From Octopus sinensis (taxonomy: Eukaryota), in the NCBI RefSeq assembly GCF_006345805.1, contig NC_042998.1, positions 67,580,001-67,644,000 of the forward strand: 64,000 nt of DNA, in the 5' to 3' direction. Numbering within the stretch: the first letter of the stretch is position 1; every line of letters begins with the position of its first letter. Both the position numbers and the translations under genes were made by a program. The notes beneath the pieces were generated by a model. It saw only the letters and a program-made list of their open reading frames with translations, had not been told where the DNA came from and searched no databases. Shown one piece after another: positions 1 to 13,905 of the stretch.

Positions 1-60
1 CGCATTGTGTCCAGCGATGTGTAGCAACATCTGATAGCCTGGTCGGTCACGGTGATCACG

Positions 61-462
<402 letters not shown>

Positions 463-1956
463 TTGCCGTCTCATTCTATTTTCAGATATGCACATTTCAA
501 ATGTTTATTTGTTTTCTTGTTTTTTGTTTTTGTTTTTTGCCTCTTGCTTTGTTTGTTTTATGAGGGTTTTTTTTGTTAGGGTCGTGGGTAGGGATCGGAT
601 TGTGCATTCTGTTTTGAAAATAGTTGGTTTCCTATGATTACCTGGTCCATATAGTCTTTTTTTTCGTTCAACTAGAATTTCATTCCGAGGTTTGCTAAAA
701 GGAAAATATTGTAAAACCCAGTGGGAATCTTGTTCTGGATATAATGGGAGATAACTCAATATTAGAATATATTTTTTTTAAAGTTCACTACTGTAATATT
801 TCACCAATGCATTGGCCTAAAGGGCAAAGATAATTATCTCCGATATATTAGATTCCGAATAAACTTGAAATTGCTAACACTATGCTTCATAACTTACACA
901 ATATCTCTTTGGAGGTTTGATTTTATTATCAATTTATTTGTATAGATAATATCACTGACATATAAATCTGTAGACATAGTTTTCCGAGTTTTATTGCATT
1001 GACTTGCTTCCCACGATATATTTTGTATTTTTTTAAATGAAATATAAAATAACATTATAGTCATTCTCAGTAGCATGGGGGTTCCTTGTATCCGTAATAA
1101 ATACACTTTGTGTTATTTTATTTTCTTTTGTTTCTTTTACAAAGATCGCAAATAAGAATTTCCAATGTATAGTTTTTCACATAAATGCAGATAGGTTTTC
1201 TCTTACAAACATAAGGATGAACAAAATATCAACTGAATGTTGTTTTTGTTTTATTTTTGTCAGGTTTCAAAGCCGTCTTATCAATATTGATAACTACAAT
1301 CACTACTTACTTTCTCTTGAGAGATTCTGACTGGCTTGTCTATCATTCGAAATCACTTATTTTATGTGTTCCAGTAATATTGACTAGCATAACTGTAATC
1401 TAAATAATATCTTGTTTTAAGAGAAAATGTCGGGTAGTCACACTGCCAATCATTTCCGAATCATTCTCAATATTCATTCCATTACCATCTGAAGTATATA
1501 AGTATATAACATTCTATCGCACATCACCTACAATACGATCAATCGCAGCTAAAGCGACACAAGTCAAAGCTGAGGTATTATTGTTTTCACGTTACTTAAG
1601 ATTATAAAACTCTTCATTCCGATGTATCAGACACATCTACGAACTTAACTTAGATAATTTACTTTTGGCAAAAGGTAACTACATTGTTACAGAACAGTAA
1701 ATAAATATCTTGATGAAATGCCAACCCGAAACTAATGCATTACTACGTTTATTATCTTGTCCGTCCTTTTTACACACACACGCACACGCAGACACACACA
1801 CACACACACATTTATATATATATATATTATATATATATATATATATATGTATATACACATATATAGGGAGAGAGAGAAAGGGAGAGGGAGAGATATACTT
1901 ACATATATATACATAGATATATGTATACATATATATATATATATAATGAGTGTGTA

Positions 1957-1996
<40 letters not shown>

Positions 1997-1999
<3 letters not shown>

Positions 2000-2306
2000 T
2001 TTGTTCCTTTTATTTATTCTATGGGATTCAGCCAGAGAGGTGGAAGCCATGCTGGTGCACCATCTTTACTGTATCTGAGGATTTTTCTAGTATTGCATCT
2101 GGTGAACAAAATAGCGAGCTGGACGTTGCCGCTAGTCTTTGTGCCTACTGCCGCGATTTCGGATCTTCCGCTATTGCAGACAAAAAAATGTCTAGACGTT
2201 TTTTGATGACTTCCATGTCTACACCTTACAGTTCTACACCTGATGTTCTGTGGTAGGGAATTAAAAAGATGTGGTCCCTTGAATCCCAAGCTATCATTAT
2301 AAGATA
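1997..2306 (-). mobile_element. CR1-clade LINE 3' fragment
   Basis: Minus strand encodes 'SLGFKGPHLFNSLPQNIR' and, after a frameshift, 'KKRLDIFL', the typical CR1/L2 ORF2 C-terminus. Its 3' end abuts (TA)n. Confidence 0.7.
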
Positions 2307-2327
2307 ATATATAGACACACACACACA

Positions 2328-2363
<36 letters not shown>

Positions 2364-2539
2364 TATATATATAATATAAGATATAAATCAGATATATAAG
2401 ATATATATCAGATATATATATTATATATATAATATATATATTATACATATAAGAGATATATTATATATATGATATATTTATATATATATATATATGATAT
2501 ATATACATCATATATGTATGATATATATGCAATATATAT

Positions 2540-3053
2540 ATATTTAAATATCGATACTATCAAGTGGCCAGCATAGGAATAAATACCATACAAAGGTAAT
2601 AATTTTTTACAACTATAAATACGAGTGTCTGAGAGACACCACCATGCCGAAATAGCAGTCAAATCCCTGACTCTAAAAACCACTTTACATGTCCATATCG
2701 CACCATGAGATAAGACAGAGGGACAGAATAGAGTAGCAAAAAGATATTACTGAATAATTCAAGATCCTGGATTTCTAGATTTGCTTCAAATAAGCTCTGC
2801 CTTCATCAGTTGAATATATCAGATGGGAACATAAGTACAAATATATATATACAGAACACATGTTTATACTTACATATACGAAGGTTCATACATACATATA
2901 TATGCACGTATGTACAAGGCCAGTTTAAATCGCCTGCCAACCACCTCATAGGCGCGATATGGTCAAAATAAACACCGCAGTAAATATAGTGACGAACTAT
3001 ATAAATTTATAAATAAGGATAATATCGATATTTAAATATCGATACTATCAAGT
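2540..3053 (-). mobile_element. Short hammerhead-containing element (retrozyme or Penelope pLTR-like) bounded by 26-bp direct repeats
   Basis: atatttaaatatcgatactatcaagt occurs at 2540-2565 and 3028-3053. There is an internal HHR motif and the element is flanked by (TA)n. Confidence 0.6.
2757..2815 (-). ncRNA. Type I hammerhead ribozyme motif
   Basis: Minus strand reads AUUCAA CUGAUGA [AGGCAGAGCUU-AUUUG-AAGCAAAUCUA] GAAA UCC-A-GGA UC UUGAAU. Helix I is 6 bp, helix III is palindromic (AUCC/GGAU), helix II is imperfect. Confidence 0.7.
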
Positions 3054-3989
3054 ATATATATATATATATTCTGTATGTATCATTTTAGAGAGTTTGTATG
3101 AGAATAAATCTTTTATGTCAATATAACTCTTAAAAGAAAGAGAAAATAGTTTCTGTATATTTTAAACTCCTATTAAATATATTGTTCTTGTTTACTTCAA
3201 TGATTTGTTTTCAGACATTCATTTACGTAACGAGATTAATAATTCTTTCTTCACCTCTCTTTTTATACTTGTAGCTGCCAATGGGAACACTGAATAAGCG
3301 GTTTTTTTAGCTGGAAATAAAAGCCAACTTGCGATGAATGATGTACATTAGTGTTCAGTGACCGGAGATGCGGAAACGAGCAACATATCACGTGATTCCA
3401 AAGTTACATCTGACATCCGATTCATCTTGATGGTGTAGTCCCTCATCTAGAATATACATCAATGTCTGGGTTGAAATGGTGTCAAGCATACTCGATGGAT
3501 ATTTTAAACTGTTCTGGTATATGTTTCGTTTTTCCGCCGAGAATATGAAATTATTTCAGCTTATTTTAGTTTTCCACAATTAATATTTTCGTTTATAGAA
3601 AATTTCCCACTTTCTGTTTATTTATTCCAACACCACTTATTTGAAAGCAAATCCCCAAACCAGTTATTGATCATTGGTCAGTAGAGTTGTCATATGTCGT
3701 GCCAGAGCATATGATACGCAGTAAAAATGAATATATGCTGGAAAATACAAATGATACAATGAGATAGAAAGTGCCTGTTTCATACTGAAAGGTATTGTCT
3801 CTATCTATATTGGTATTTCTTCATCTATTCGTTCTTCTCTGTCTGAAAAATATAAATATTTATATTTGTGTATGCTGGCACCTATGACGGTAGGTGTGTG
3901 AGTATGTGTCGATATACAGATATGTATCCTCTGGCTTCGTAAAGAAAATTCAGAATGCTGTTGTGATATATTTTATTCTAGTTTCAAAC

Positions 3990-4024
<35 letters not shown>

Positions 4025-4114
4025 CATTTGATCTTATTCTAAAATCATATTGTCATCAAAAAAGGGTTTGGCCGAGTTGTGAAATAAAAGAAAATACTTA
4101 TATAAACTCACAAC

Positions 4115-4534
4115 ATGGCCCATATTAATACTTGTATCTTACTGCTGTTTATTGCATTGAATTTATCAGCTATTGAAAGTCTCAACCAAGGAACACCACC
4201 GACAGTTAGTATGGCTGTATTAGTACCTGAGAGCCCTTTTAAGAAATCTCAACTCATTGGATATATTATACGCTCAATCAATCAATATCGACGCAAACAA
4301 CTGCCATTTAAACCAACCGGTTACCTACAGTCTATTAAATCTGGGAGTACTAAAGAAATACTGGATGCTTTTTGCAATGATTTCTTTCGGAACAATACCA
4401 TAGCCATAATGTATATTAACAACCAAGTCATATTACAAGGGGACCCCTCTGCGGGGAGTTATGTAACTCAGTTGGCGCACGCAGTTGGAATACCCGTCAT
4501 TTCCTGGAATCCCGATCGTACCATGGCCATTCAG
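4115..4534 (+). CDS. Nmdar2: First coding exon of an NMDA-type ionotropic glutamate receptor subunit 2 (GluN2/Nmdar2-like): signal peptide plus start of the amino-terminal domain
   Basis: ATG at 4115 and hydrophobic signal peptide (MAHINTCILLLFIALNLSAIES). Motifs 'ILDAFCNDFFRNNTIAIMYINN' and 'SYVTQLAHAVGIPVISWNPD' closely resemble the invertebrate NMDAR2 ATD (ILxxLCxEFL..VSAILY; YFLQLAGYLGIPVISWNAD, recalled). Strong phase-0 donor CAG|GTAAGT at 4534/4535 after 140 codons. Confidence 0.88.
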
Positions 4535-6229
4535 GTAAGTAATCAATTTTTAATCTCTTCCAATTAACGTTAACTTTGTTTTCAGATTTCCATTAGAAGT
4601 AATTCTAATTTAACAACTTGTCTAGCACACTTACCATCATTGAAATGACAGAATTACTTCTAAGAAAAGAAATTCTCTTATGTAATAACATTAGAATCGT
4701 ATTGTTTAAGAATAGTTATTATTTATCCGAAATATTAGAGAATCAATATTGGAGTTATTGTTGTGTAGAGTCGATAAATCCATGTTTTACTTCCTAACTT
4801 TATAGCACAAAATGTTTATTGGTTTCTCTTTGACGTTTTATTGATTCATAAAAAAGGGGCATCATTTGACAATTGATATATGAATAAATTTGAATAAACG
4901 GAATTGAATAAATCCTTGCAAGTGTAGACTGGGGTATCTATGAAGTAGTAAAAGAAAAAATATCAAGAAATTTTCTACCTAAATTTCGCACAATATAAAA
5001 ATCAATATATTTCTTTCTTCTGCCATGCAAGCATTATGTTATATTGCGAAGGAAGATGAAAATCAAAACAGCAAAAAGCAGATCATGATGAACGTTTTTT
5101 ATGACTAATTCTATTCGAAAGTTGACGTGTAACAGTAGTAGTACAAAAGTTGATTCGAGATACCATTTAACAAAAAAACAGTTGAGTGAAAAAAATATAT
5201 TTATCCGTCTGTTTACGTTTACTGACATTAGTTTTACAAAGGGAGAGCAAAGATTTTCAAGTTGATATTCGGTCTGAAATTCTCGACTCTCGTATGAAGA
5301 GAACTTTTATCTTGACCTCTTTCCCTAAATGACAAATAAAATATTCTACAACAAAGAGAGACTTCTTCGTAACGTAATTCTTTAGCGTCATATATTCTTG
5401 AATTCTATACTCGATGTATTTTTCAACGAATTTTCAACTTAGTTTTGTCTTGTAGAAGTTGCATCTAAATTTTAATGTCTCTTTCTGTAATTGTTCTCAT
5501 AATTCTCTCCTCTAAAGACTAATATTTCTTACTGATAGTTTTACATTTGTCATTCATCATATTGCAAATCACATGCGTGCGTGCACATACGGCTTGTGTA
5601 AATAATGTATTTTTGTTGTTATCTAGCATTCTCATTTTCATTACTGCTGTAAATTTCCATGTTTATTTTTCCAGTATGACAACACACCCCGCTGTCACTC
5701 TGGTCGTTTTAATCATTATCTCATGTGTCCCTATTGTGATTAACAGCTTTGTTCTTAGTGTTGTTCATTATTGTTCATTTAGTATTACAGCCATTGTTTC
5801 TGGTAATGCTGGAATATATTTGAACAAGTACTCTGCATACCTTTACTATTTGTATTTTTGTTTGCTCTGCTCCACAGGAGAAAGTTAGCTATCACAATCG
5901 TTATGGGAATCATAGCCATGCGGAAATCAATTTTTGCCTTTCAGGCACAAGCAAATAGCAATTAACAATTTTCTCTTCTGTTTGTTATAATTAAGCTCTC
6001 CTCCTATTTCTTGACAAAATAACTGCAGTATAATCATTTCCAACAATAACTGATGATTCAGAGCGTGATAATAATTATAACTATATTACTATACTACACG
6101 TAGTGAAATATAACTATAACACAGCGTATAATCACACAAGTGCTCCTTCAATACGCAGGTTGTTTTCTTTTTGCATTTTTATTCTGTTTTAGCACTATCA
6201 ACAACAGCAACATCATCCTCGACAAAACT

Positions 6230-6975
6230 GGTTTGTTACCGGGAGGAGTATAAGAAAGGATGCGAGAACCGGCTACCCATCAATAAAGTCAATATGACGC
6301 GAAATCAAATCAATGATTATGAATCTATAAACAGCAGGGATCGAATACAAGAAGGTATTTTACAGGAAGCCGCACTTGTGGGTAAGGGAGAGCCTCAAGA
6401 TCTACATGGTTTGCCCAACAAGTGGCATATTTCTCACAAAGAGCGTGAAAATCTGAAAAGATACACTGAATTTTCTACCAAGACAAAAGAACTTAAGAAG
6501 TGGTATCTTCCAAGAGAACAAACTACTAACTCTACTCCTCTACATTTGCACCAGCACCACTTCATGGCAAACCACAATACAGCAATAGCCATGTATCTAA
6601 CTCATAGGATGCTAAAGCAAACCACCTTTTACTACACTGACGAGCAGATGACGGTTGTCAAGGGCCACAACTGACAGAAGAGTCAACTTAACATCATCAA
6701 AATCATCAGTCCTAACATCATTAAGTGTATTAAAGATAACTATAAGAGTGGAAAACTGACCAAGACTGCAATTATAAACTTTGATACTTACAAAGTAAGA
6801 AATATCAATAAAGATGGCACATACAGCTACCTGTAAGTGAACGGAGGATACTGCATACATCACTCAGCTGTGAATGACAGGGTCTGGAGAAAGAACTATT
6901 GGAGAGTGCTTATGGTGTTAAGAATTGAACTGAATGCTCCAGCTGACAGATTTAAATCTATGAATGCCTTAAAAA
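6230..6975 (+). mobile_element. Degenerate R4/Dong-like LINE fragment
   Basis: Decayed ORF. 'RKNYWRVLMVLRIELNA' near 6887-6938 resembles the post-RT KEYxxRxRxxLKxELN motif of R4-clade elements. Confidence 0.45.
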
Positions 6976-6979
6976 TACT

Positions 6980-7211
6980 TATTTATTTACTACCCACAAG
7001 GGGCTAAACGCAGAGGGGACAAACAAGGACAGACATATGTATTAAGTCGATTACATCGACACCAGTGCGTAACTGGTACTTAATTTATCGACCCCGAAAG
7101 GATGAAGGGCAAAGTCGACCTCGGCGGAATTTGAACTCAGAACGTAGCGGCAGACGAAATGCCGCTAAGCATTTCGACCGGCATGCTAACGATTCTGCCA
7201 GTTCGCCGCCT
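6980..7211 (-). mobile_element. tRNA-derived SINE family B, full length, with 19-bp TSD
   Basis: Head GGCGGCGAACTGGCAGAATCGTTAGC...GAGTTCAAATTCC (A/B boxes) and core GACTTTGCCCTTCATCCTTTCGGGGTCGATAAA. TSD tgaatg(c/t)cttaaaaatact at 6961-6979 and 7212-7230. Confidence 0.9.
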
Positions 7212-7329
7212 TGAATGTCTTAAAAATACTGTAGATATCTCTATTAGCCAAAGAGATATCTCTATTAGCCAAGAGATGGGGCAAAATACAATGTAGAGCT
7301 TTTCTTTTCGAAAGAAAAAAGAAGAAAAT

Positions 7330-7975
7330 AGAAAAAAGGAGGAAAAAATTCCGATCAATTTAACTCTATTTGGCGGTCCGGATCGAACCAGACTCGGAGC
7401 AGTTTCACCGGTCCGTCGGTCCAGCATCCCACAATGGAGACGCTGTTGGGTGGCATGGGCTTGCTTCTCCAGGTGCTGGGCCGCAAACTCACTGAATTTT
7501 ACCGGTTATGCTTCGTATTCTTTTATTGTATCGCTGACCCGGTCGATATGCCTGTTGCTCGATACTATGACGGTGACGTTGTCCGTGTATACAGACACGA
7601 GTCTCCCGCATCCCAGTTCTGGCAGGAGCCCTTCAGCGTCGCCAGCGCCCGCAGTATTGGCTCTAGAGTCAATACGTACAGAAGCGACGCGAGGGGCATC
7701 CTTGACGGACGGAACGCGTGATGTTAATTGATCTGGACAGATGACCATTTACACGATGCCCCTGTATAAGGCAGCAATCCAACCGGGAAAGACGGGACCG
7801 AAATCAGCCGCTCTAAGGATAGTCTCTAAGTATCGATGGTCGTCCCCATCAAAAGCTTTCGATTGATCCAAATTAATAAGCGCCCCACTAATTTCAGGTT
7901 CCTTAACTACTCTGTCTATGATGTATCGTATCCCATGGAGGTTGTCATGAATACTCCTGCCCGGAATCTGCCAGT
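7330..7975 (-). mobile_element. L1/Tx1-clade LINE fragment (RT subdomains) with an adjacent GC-rich segment
   Basis: 7750-7975 minus encodes 'IPGRSIHDNLHGIRYIID...ALINLDQSKAFDGDDHRYLETILRAADFGPVFPGWIAALY', which matches the LDQxKAFDRVxH..GFG..F..WI..LY RT motif. Confidence 0.8.
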
Positions 7976-8080
7976 TTTTTTTTATGACAAGTGCCACAAT
8001 ACTGTAGATACGTAGCTTCAACATAATAAAGTAGAAACAGAATGACACCAAGAGAATGAAAATTTTCAATAACAGTAATA

Positions 8081-8175
<95 letters not shown>

Positions 8176-8340
8176 GACACAGGAGTGGCTGTGAGGTAAG
8201 AAGCTTGCGTCTCAACCACTTGGTTCCGAGTTCAGTCCCACTGCGTGGCACCTTCGGCAAGTTTCTTCAACTATAGCCTCGGGCCTACCAAGGCCTTGAG
8301 AGTGGACTTGGTAGAGGGAAATTGAAAGTAGACCGTCGTA
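8176..8340 (+). mobile_element. tRNA-derived SINE family A, 5' half, next to (TAA)n at 8068-8173
   Basis: GGAGTGGCTGTGAGGTAAGAAGCTTGC...GGTTCCGAGTTCAGTCCCACTGCGTGGCACC; many homologues in the window. Confidence 0.85.
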
Positions 8341-8649
8341 TATATAATTAACAGCAGCAGCGCTACAGTTTGTCGTGAGAATGAAATATTAGTATGAATT
8401 TAGGACGACGAAGTTTATTTTCATTTTATTCTTTTTTGCCGACGCCATTGATATCCTGAAGTTAAGGCTTACACTTGTAGATATTTTCTATCTTTTCTCT
8501 TTCCAAATTCTCATAACTTATATACATTTTCCCATACACAACACAAAATTATGGGGGGAGTGTTATTACTATTGCTACAACCTACACACACGGTCACACT
8601 TATTTTATGCATGTATGTATATACATATATGCATAGGTATGTCTGTATG

Positions 8650-8680
<31 letters not shown>

Positions 8681-8749
8681 ATATATATATATGTATACAT
8701 ATATATACACACACATACATCTTTATATTATTTCAAAATTTTTATTTAA

Positions 8750-9085
8750 GTCATTAGATTGTGACCATGCTAGGGCAACACACAAATCGACCTCATTACT
8801 TATTTTGTAAGCTTCATACTTATTCTCTAGGCATTTTTGCCGAAATGCTTGGTTACACGTACGTAAACACACCAACAAAGGTTGCTTGTGGACATACACA
8901 GGAACGAAGAAAGGTAGCACACAAATACACACACATACATACACACACATACGCAGATATATACAGAAACCCGTCGTATATATATATATAGCTGAACGCA
9001 CTCGCCCAAGGTGCCATGTAGTGGGACTGAACCGGAAACCATATGTTTTGGAACAAAACTTCTTACCACACAGACACCCCTGCAC
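8750..9085 (-). mobile_element. SINE family A copy (internally disrupted)
   Basis: Reverse complement of the family A head (8990-9085) and tail (8750-8900), with an internal microsatellite. Confidence 0.75.
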
Positions 9086-9209
9086 CTGGGAATTCATAAG
9101 CACGTGTGATTCTTTATTTTTATTTGTTTAAATACATAAATATTGATACATCTGTCATTCAGTTAATGGCATCCATGATAGAGATATGTGGTAGAAAGTG
9201 TGACGCTAT

Positions 9210-9254
<45 letters not shown>

Positions 9255-9368
9255 ATATATACATACATATACATATATGTATGTATGTATGTATGTATGT
9301 GTGTATGTATGTATGTATGTGCGTGAGTATTTCTGTGTTTCCATACCTGCGCGTACACACACACAAAC

Positions 9369-9401
<33 letters not shown>

Positions 9402-9404
9402 ATA

Positions 9405-9460
<56 letters not shown>

Positions 9461-10829
9461 CGATATCAATATATATGCATACGTACACTCATGAACACAC
9501 GCATACATACATACATATATATATATATATAATGCATATATATGCATGCATATAACTATGTATGTATGTATATATACCGGTATGGCATATGTAATGATTA
9601 TAGTGTAATTTCAGAAAGCACTTCAATATATTTCTAGATAAGATATTTGACATTCGTATTACATTTCCATTTTCAGTATTTTGTAAATTGGTTTTTCGTT
9701 TTGTCTGCTGTTCCGGGTAGATTTGCTTTTAAAGCAGATTAAAGGTAATTCATAAGACATGTTTAAAATATTTTTTTATTAAATTTAGTCATTTTATGAA
9801 GTTTATTTCTGGGTTTGATAGTATGTTTTATAAATTAGTCTATTTATGTTATATATCTTGTCAGGTGTAGATTTTTCTCCGAGTATCACGTTCGAAAATT
9901 TGCTCAAGTTAATGTAGAAAAATTATTTCTGTCGCGAGCATTTTCTATTATTGTCAAAAACGTTGGAAGGTTGTATATACGCCTCTGCTACGGTATTAGT
10001 TTCAAAGTTATACCGATCTACGTTCTGAGATTAAATCTGGGAATCTATAAAACGTATTACTACTAATCAAGTCTCTGGGTTAATATTTATGTGTTAACTC
10101 TTCTTGTAGAAAAAATCAGTAGAGTGGACAGTAGGCAGTGAATTACCACTCTTGTCTGGAGCAGCTTCTGCATCAGGTTTCACTGTCATCTCAACATTCT
10201 GGTGCCGACGTCAGCACTTTAGATCGCAACATTTATGCGTGCTGTTGGTTTATTTCTTTCTCAGACTTCGTTTTTAACTTAGTGTTTATGTTTTCCTTCC
10301 AACATACCTTATGTCAGACTTTAGTGCAGGTTTATCCGTGATGGTAGAATCAAGGATGTAAGCTTATGGACTACCTCTAGTTCATAGCTGTCGATAGCAG
10401 TGACAGAGAAGTGCTCAACAACTTGAAACATCCCTTCTGTCTTCTTCAGGTCGACGGTCAAAGAAAAGTTTCATGAGGCTCTTCTGAAAATCCGTGAGAA
10501 ATGGCAGTTGCTAATACGTGTGTGTTGGCAGTGTTGCATCACTGGAATATAGAATGTCTCTGCTGAATAAGATACATTTCCAAATATAATTTATCGATGT
10601 GAAGAACATTTCATACTCAAGGCATTATCTACAAATGATTTTTCCTACATTCCCGGATGATATGACGAGAGTAGAACACTTTGTCTCATTTGAATCGTCT
10701 AGTTGGTCTCAGGAATAGCTATGCCTTATAATATCACTTGCACACACATTCACGCATTTTCATACATACACACGTACATGTATGTATGCATTTATACACA
10801 AAAACACATACGTAGACAGATAGACAAAA

Positions 10830-10860
<31 letters not shown>

Positions 10861-11462
10861 TGAATGTATATACGTATGCATATATATCACAAGCACCTGA
10901 TAAATTCAATATTGAATTTTCATCGGTGTTGGCTCATTTACGTTCCCGTACCATAATGGCTAGCTAAAAGAACCTACAGACTAAGATCCAAACGTTGAAA
11001 CATAAATGCTAACGTCGATTTGTTCGACTACACGTTTCAAAGTGTTGCCCCAGCAGGGCTGTGGTCCAGTAACTGAAACAAGAAAAAGATGAAAGATAAG
11101 CTATACGTGCTGTCGTTGAAACATGGTTGCATTTATATTTTAAAATAGAAATATGCAAAGCAAATATCATATCCATGTTTGAAGACTAAAGTAGAGTGAA
11201 AGTAAAATTACGTTTTTTAAATCGATAAAAATATATGTTTATCTAAAGAGTTTTAAGAGCTACTGTCTGGTTGAGAAACAGACTATGCATATAATATATA
11301 CATATATATATACATATATATATATATATATTATATATAATATATAAATATTTATATTATATATCATATATATATATATATATATTATATACATATGCTA
11401 TACATAATATATGTATGTATTATATACATAGATAAATACATATACACACCACACACACATAT

Positions 11463-11507
<45 letters not shown>

Positions 11508-12574
11508 TATATTATATATATATATATATATGTATGTATATGTATGTATATGTATGCGTACACACATACATACATATAAGCAGTTGTCAACATACCATGA
11601 AGCGAGTTTAAATTTCTTATTGATTAGATTTGTAAGCAAATGTATCTTGAAGTTTAAAATATGTATTCAGCTATTCAAATAAAGGGATATGAGAGGAATA
11701 AAATCCCAGTGCTTCTCCATTATGAATTGAAAGTTTAACAGAGCGTGATTAGATAAGCTGTGTGTTATACACACACACACACACACACACACAGATATGT
11801 ATATGCATATATACATGTGTTTATGTATGTATATATATGTATATATATATGTGTGTTTGTGCATATGTATATTATATATATATATATATATATATATTCT
11901 TACATAAATGTATGTAGGTATAAATATTTAGTTATTTATATGTGTATGTATGTGTGTATTTATGTGTATGTATGTACGGGAATGTATAGGTTTGTGTATG
12001 TGTGCATTTGTGTGCACATAGTTTCATTCTTGACCAATATATTAGACTATAAAATCATACTGTCTTAGCTAAATTTTCCCTGTATGTAATTTATTATATT
12101 GTATTATCTGTTGAAACATTTTCAGATGCATAACTTAGTATTTCTTAATGGGGTTTTAATGATTGTAAGCTTTTGTATAGTTAAAAATATAAAGCCTTGG
12201 TGTTTGTCATAGTTAAAAATATAAAAACTAGATATCTTTGATAAATATTCACATCGGTAAAAAAGAAAACTCTATTCAAACGCGTCTTATGAGTCAAGAA
12301 TCTAAGAAAACGGGGTAACAGAAATACAAGTAGCCGTAAATACCGATGGGAAGAAAGCCAGTTAAGTTTTATATTAGAGATCAGAATTAGACAGAATGGA
12401 TTATAGCTGAGACATGGGAAGTCAGCATCGTGTGAGAATTTTTGTTGAAGTTTTAACTATTTAAACATTCTGCTCTATGAAAATGTAGATGAAGAGGTAA
12501 TTTTTTTTTTTTTTTATCTTTTTCACAAGAGAAATAAGTCATCTGTAATATTGGTTTCATATTATAGCACAAGG

Positions 12575-12760
12575 TCGGAACTTTTTGTGGGGAAGGGCTA
12601 AGTAGATTAAATTGACCCCAGTGGTGCTTACTTTATCGACCCCGAAAAGATGAAAGGCAAACTCAATCCCGAGGTAATTTGAAGTCAAAACGTAAAGACA
12701 AACGAAATGTTTCTATGAATTTCGCCAACCGTACCAACGATTCTACCAGCTCACCACGTT
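12575..12760 (-). mobile_element. SINE family B, diverged
   Basis: TTTATCGACCCCGAAAAGATGAAAGGCAAA...TTTGAAGTCAAAACG core. Confidence 0.75.
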
Positions 12761-13614
12761 TTAAATGTTTTTGTCAAGGTAAAATAAACCCAGAATGATG
12801 ACACTGTTGTTACAGTAGTATATACATTTTTTTTATTTATCGAACTCGAAAGGATTGTCAACTGTAATGTTACCACTAATATTTTAATGATCTATGCTAG
12901 AACTGGATGAAATTCCAAATAGGAACTTCTATAATCCATGAGCACATATACCATTAATATACGTTCGACATTCATTGAATTATATCGTCATCTGGTGGTT
13001 TAACATTAAACAAATATGCACGAAACCTTCAGTTGCAATGTATTATCATAAACGGACTTCATGAAAATTTGTGCTATTCAAGTCGTACTGCCTATTTAAT
13101 TTTTCTTCGTACAATGGCTAACAGAATTGGTGTACGTATCAATAGGGCAGTAAATCTGAATTATGATGGTGGTGGCTTTGCAATCATGAAAAGTGGCTCG
13201 AATTCACTGCATGGTATGTTGACCCTTTTCCATAGCCTTAAGGTAACTCATTACTTTTGAGTGGAATTCGGTGAATACAAACTGTATAGAAGCCCGACAC
13301 ATTGATTGCACACTTATTCAGAAAAGTTACTGCCTTGGTACACGCTATATCACGCTAACTCTAACTCAGAATTCCGGTAAATGTAACCATGTCTTTTGAA
13401 TACTTAACAACTTTCACGTTAATTTAGGAGGAGATAATACAGTAGGTCGAACAGCTAATGTTACATCGTTGAATGACAGAAATCCATTGCATATACCCAC
13501 ATGTTTATTACATATACGTATACGTGGTGTGTGTGTGTGTTGTGTGTGGTGTGTGTGTGTGTGCGTGTGTGTATACCTGTGTGTATGCATGTGTGTATGT
13601 ATATATGTATGTAT

Positions 13615-13905
13615 TATAGCAAAGAAAAATGGTCACGTTGAGTGTAACAATGTTATTACTAAATGTAGATTACGTAATTGTCTGTCTTATGATGTTTGAG
13701 TAAATAATAAAATATTTGTTAGTAATATAACTGGAGAAAAGTTTATTATTGACAATGATGTAGCGTTTCATTGCAGGTCTCGTAACGCATTTCATCGAAT
13801 TCCTTGTTGTGAACATGGTATACAATATATAGGACAAACTACTCCGACATTGCACGAACGTCTAATGGACATAGACAGGCGTTGAAAATGAATTCCGTTA
13901 TTCTG
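13615..13905 (+). mobile_element. Penelope-like element GIY-YIG endonuclease relic (Cys-containing, Neptune-like linker)
   Basis: Translates to KCRLRNCLSYDV*VNNKIFVSNITGEKFIIDNDVAFHCRSRNAFHRIPCCEHGIQYIGQTTPTLHERL and, after a frameshift, NGHRQAL. This matches C.S.NVIY.I.C..C..QYIGQT...L..R.NGHR. Confidence 0.85.

Noticed and set aside
484-1240. Short minus-strand ORFs (505-759, 894-1106)
   Set aside because: No recognisable motif; possibly a very old TE relic, but unsupported.
4535-4567. ORF-track extension VSNQFLISSN* of the receptor ORF
   Set aside because: Read-through into the intron past the GTAAGT donor.
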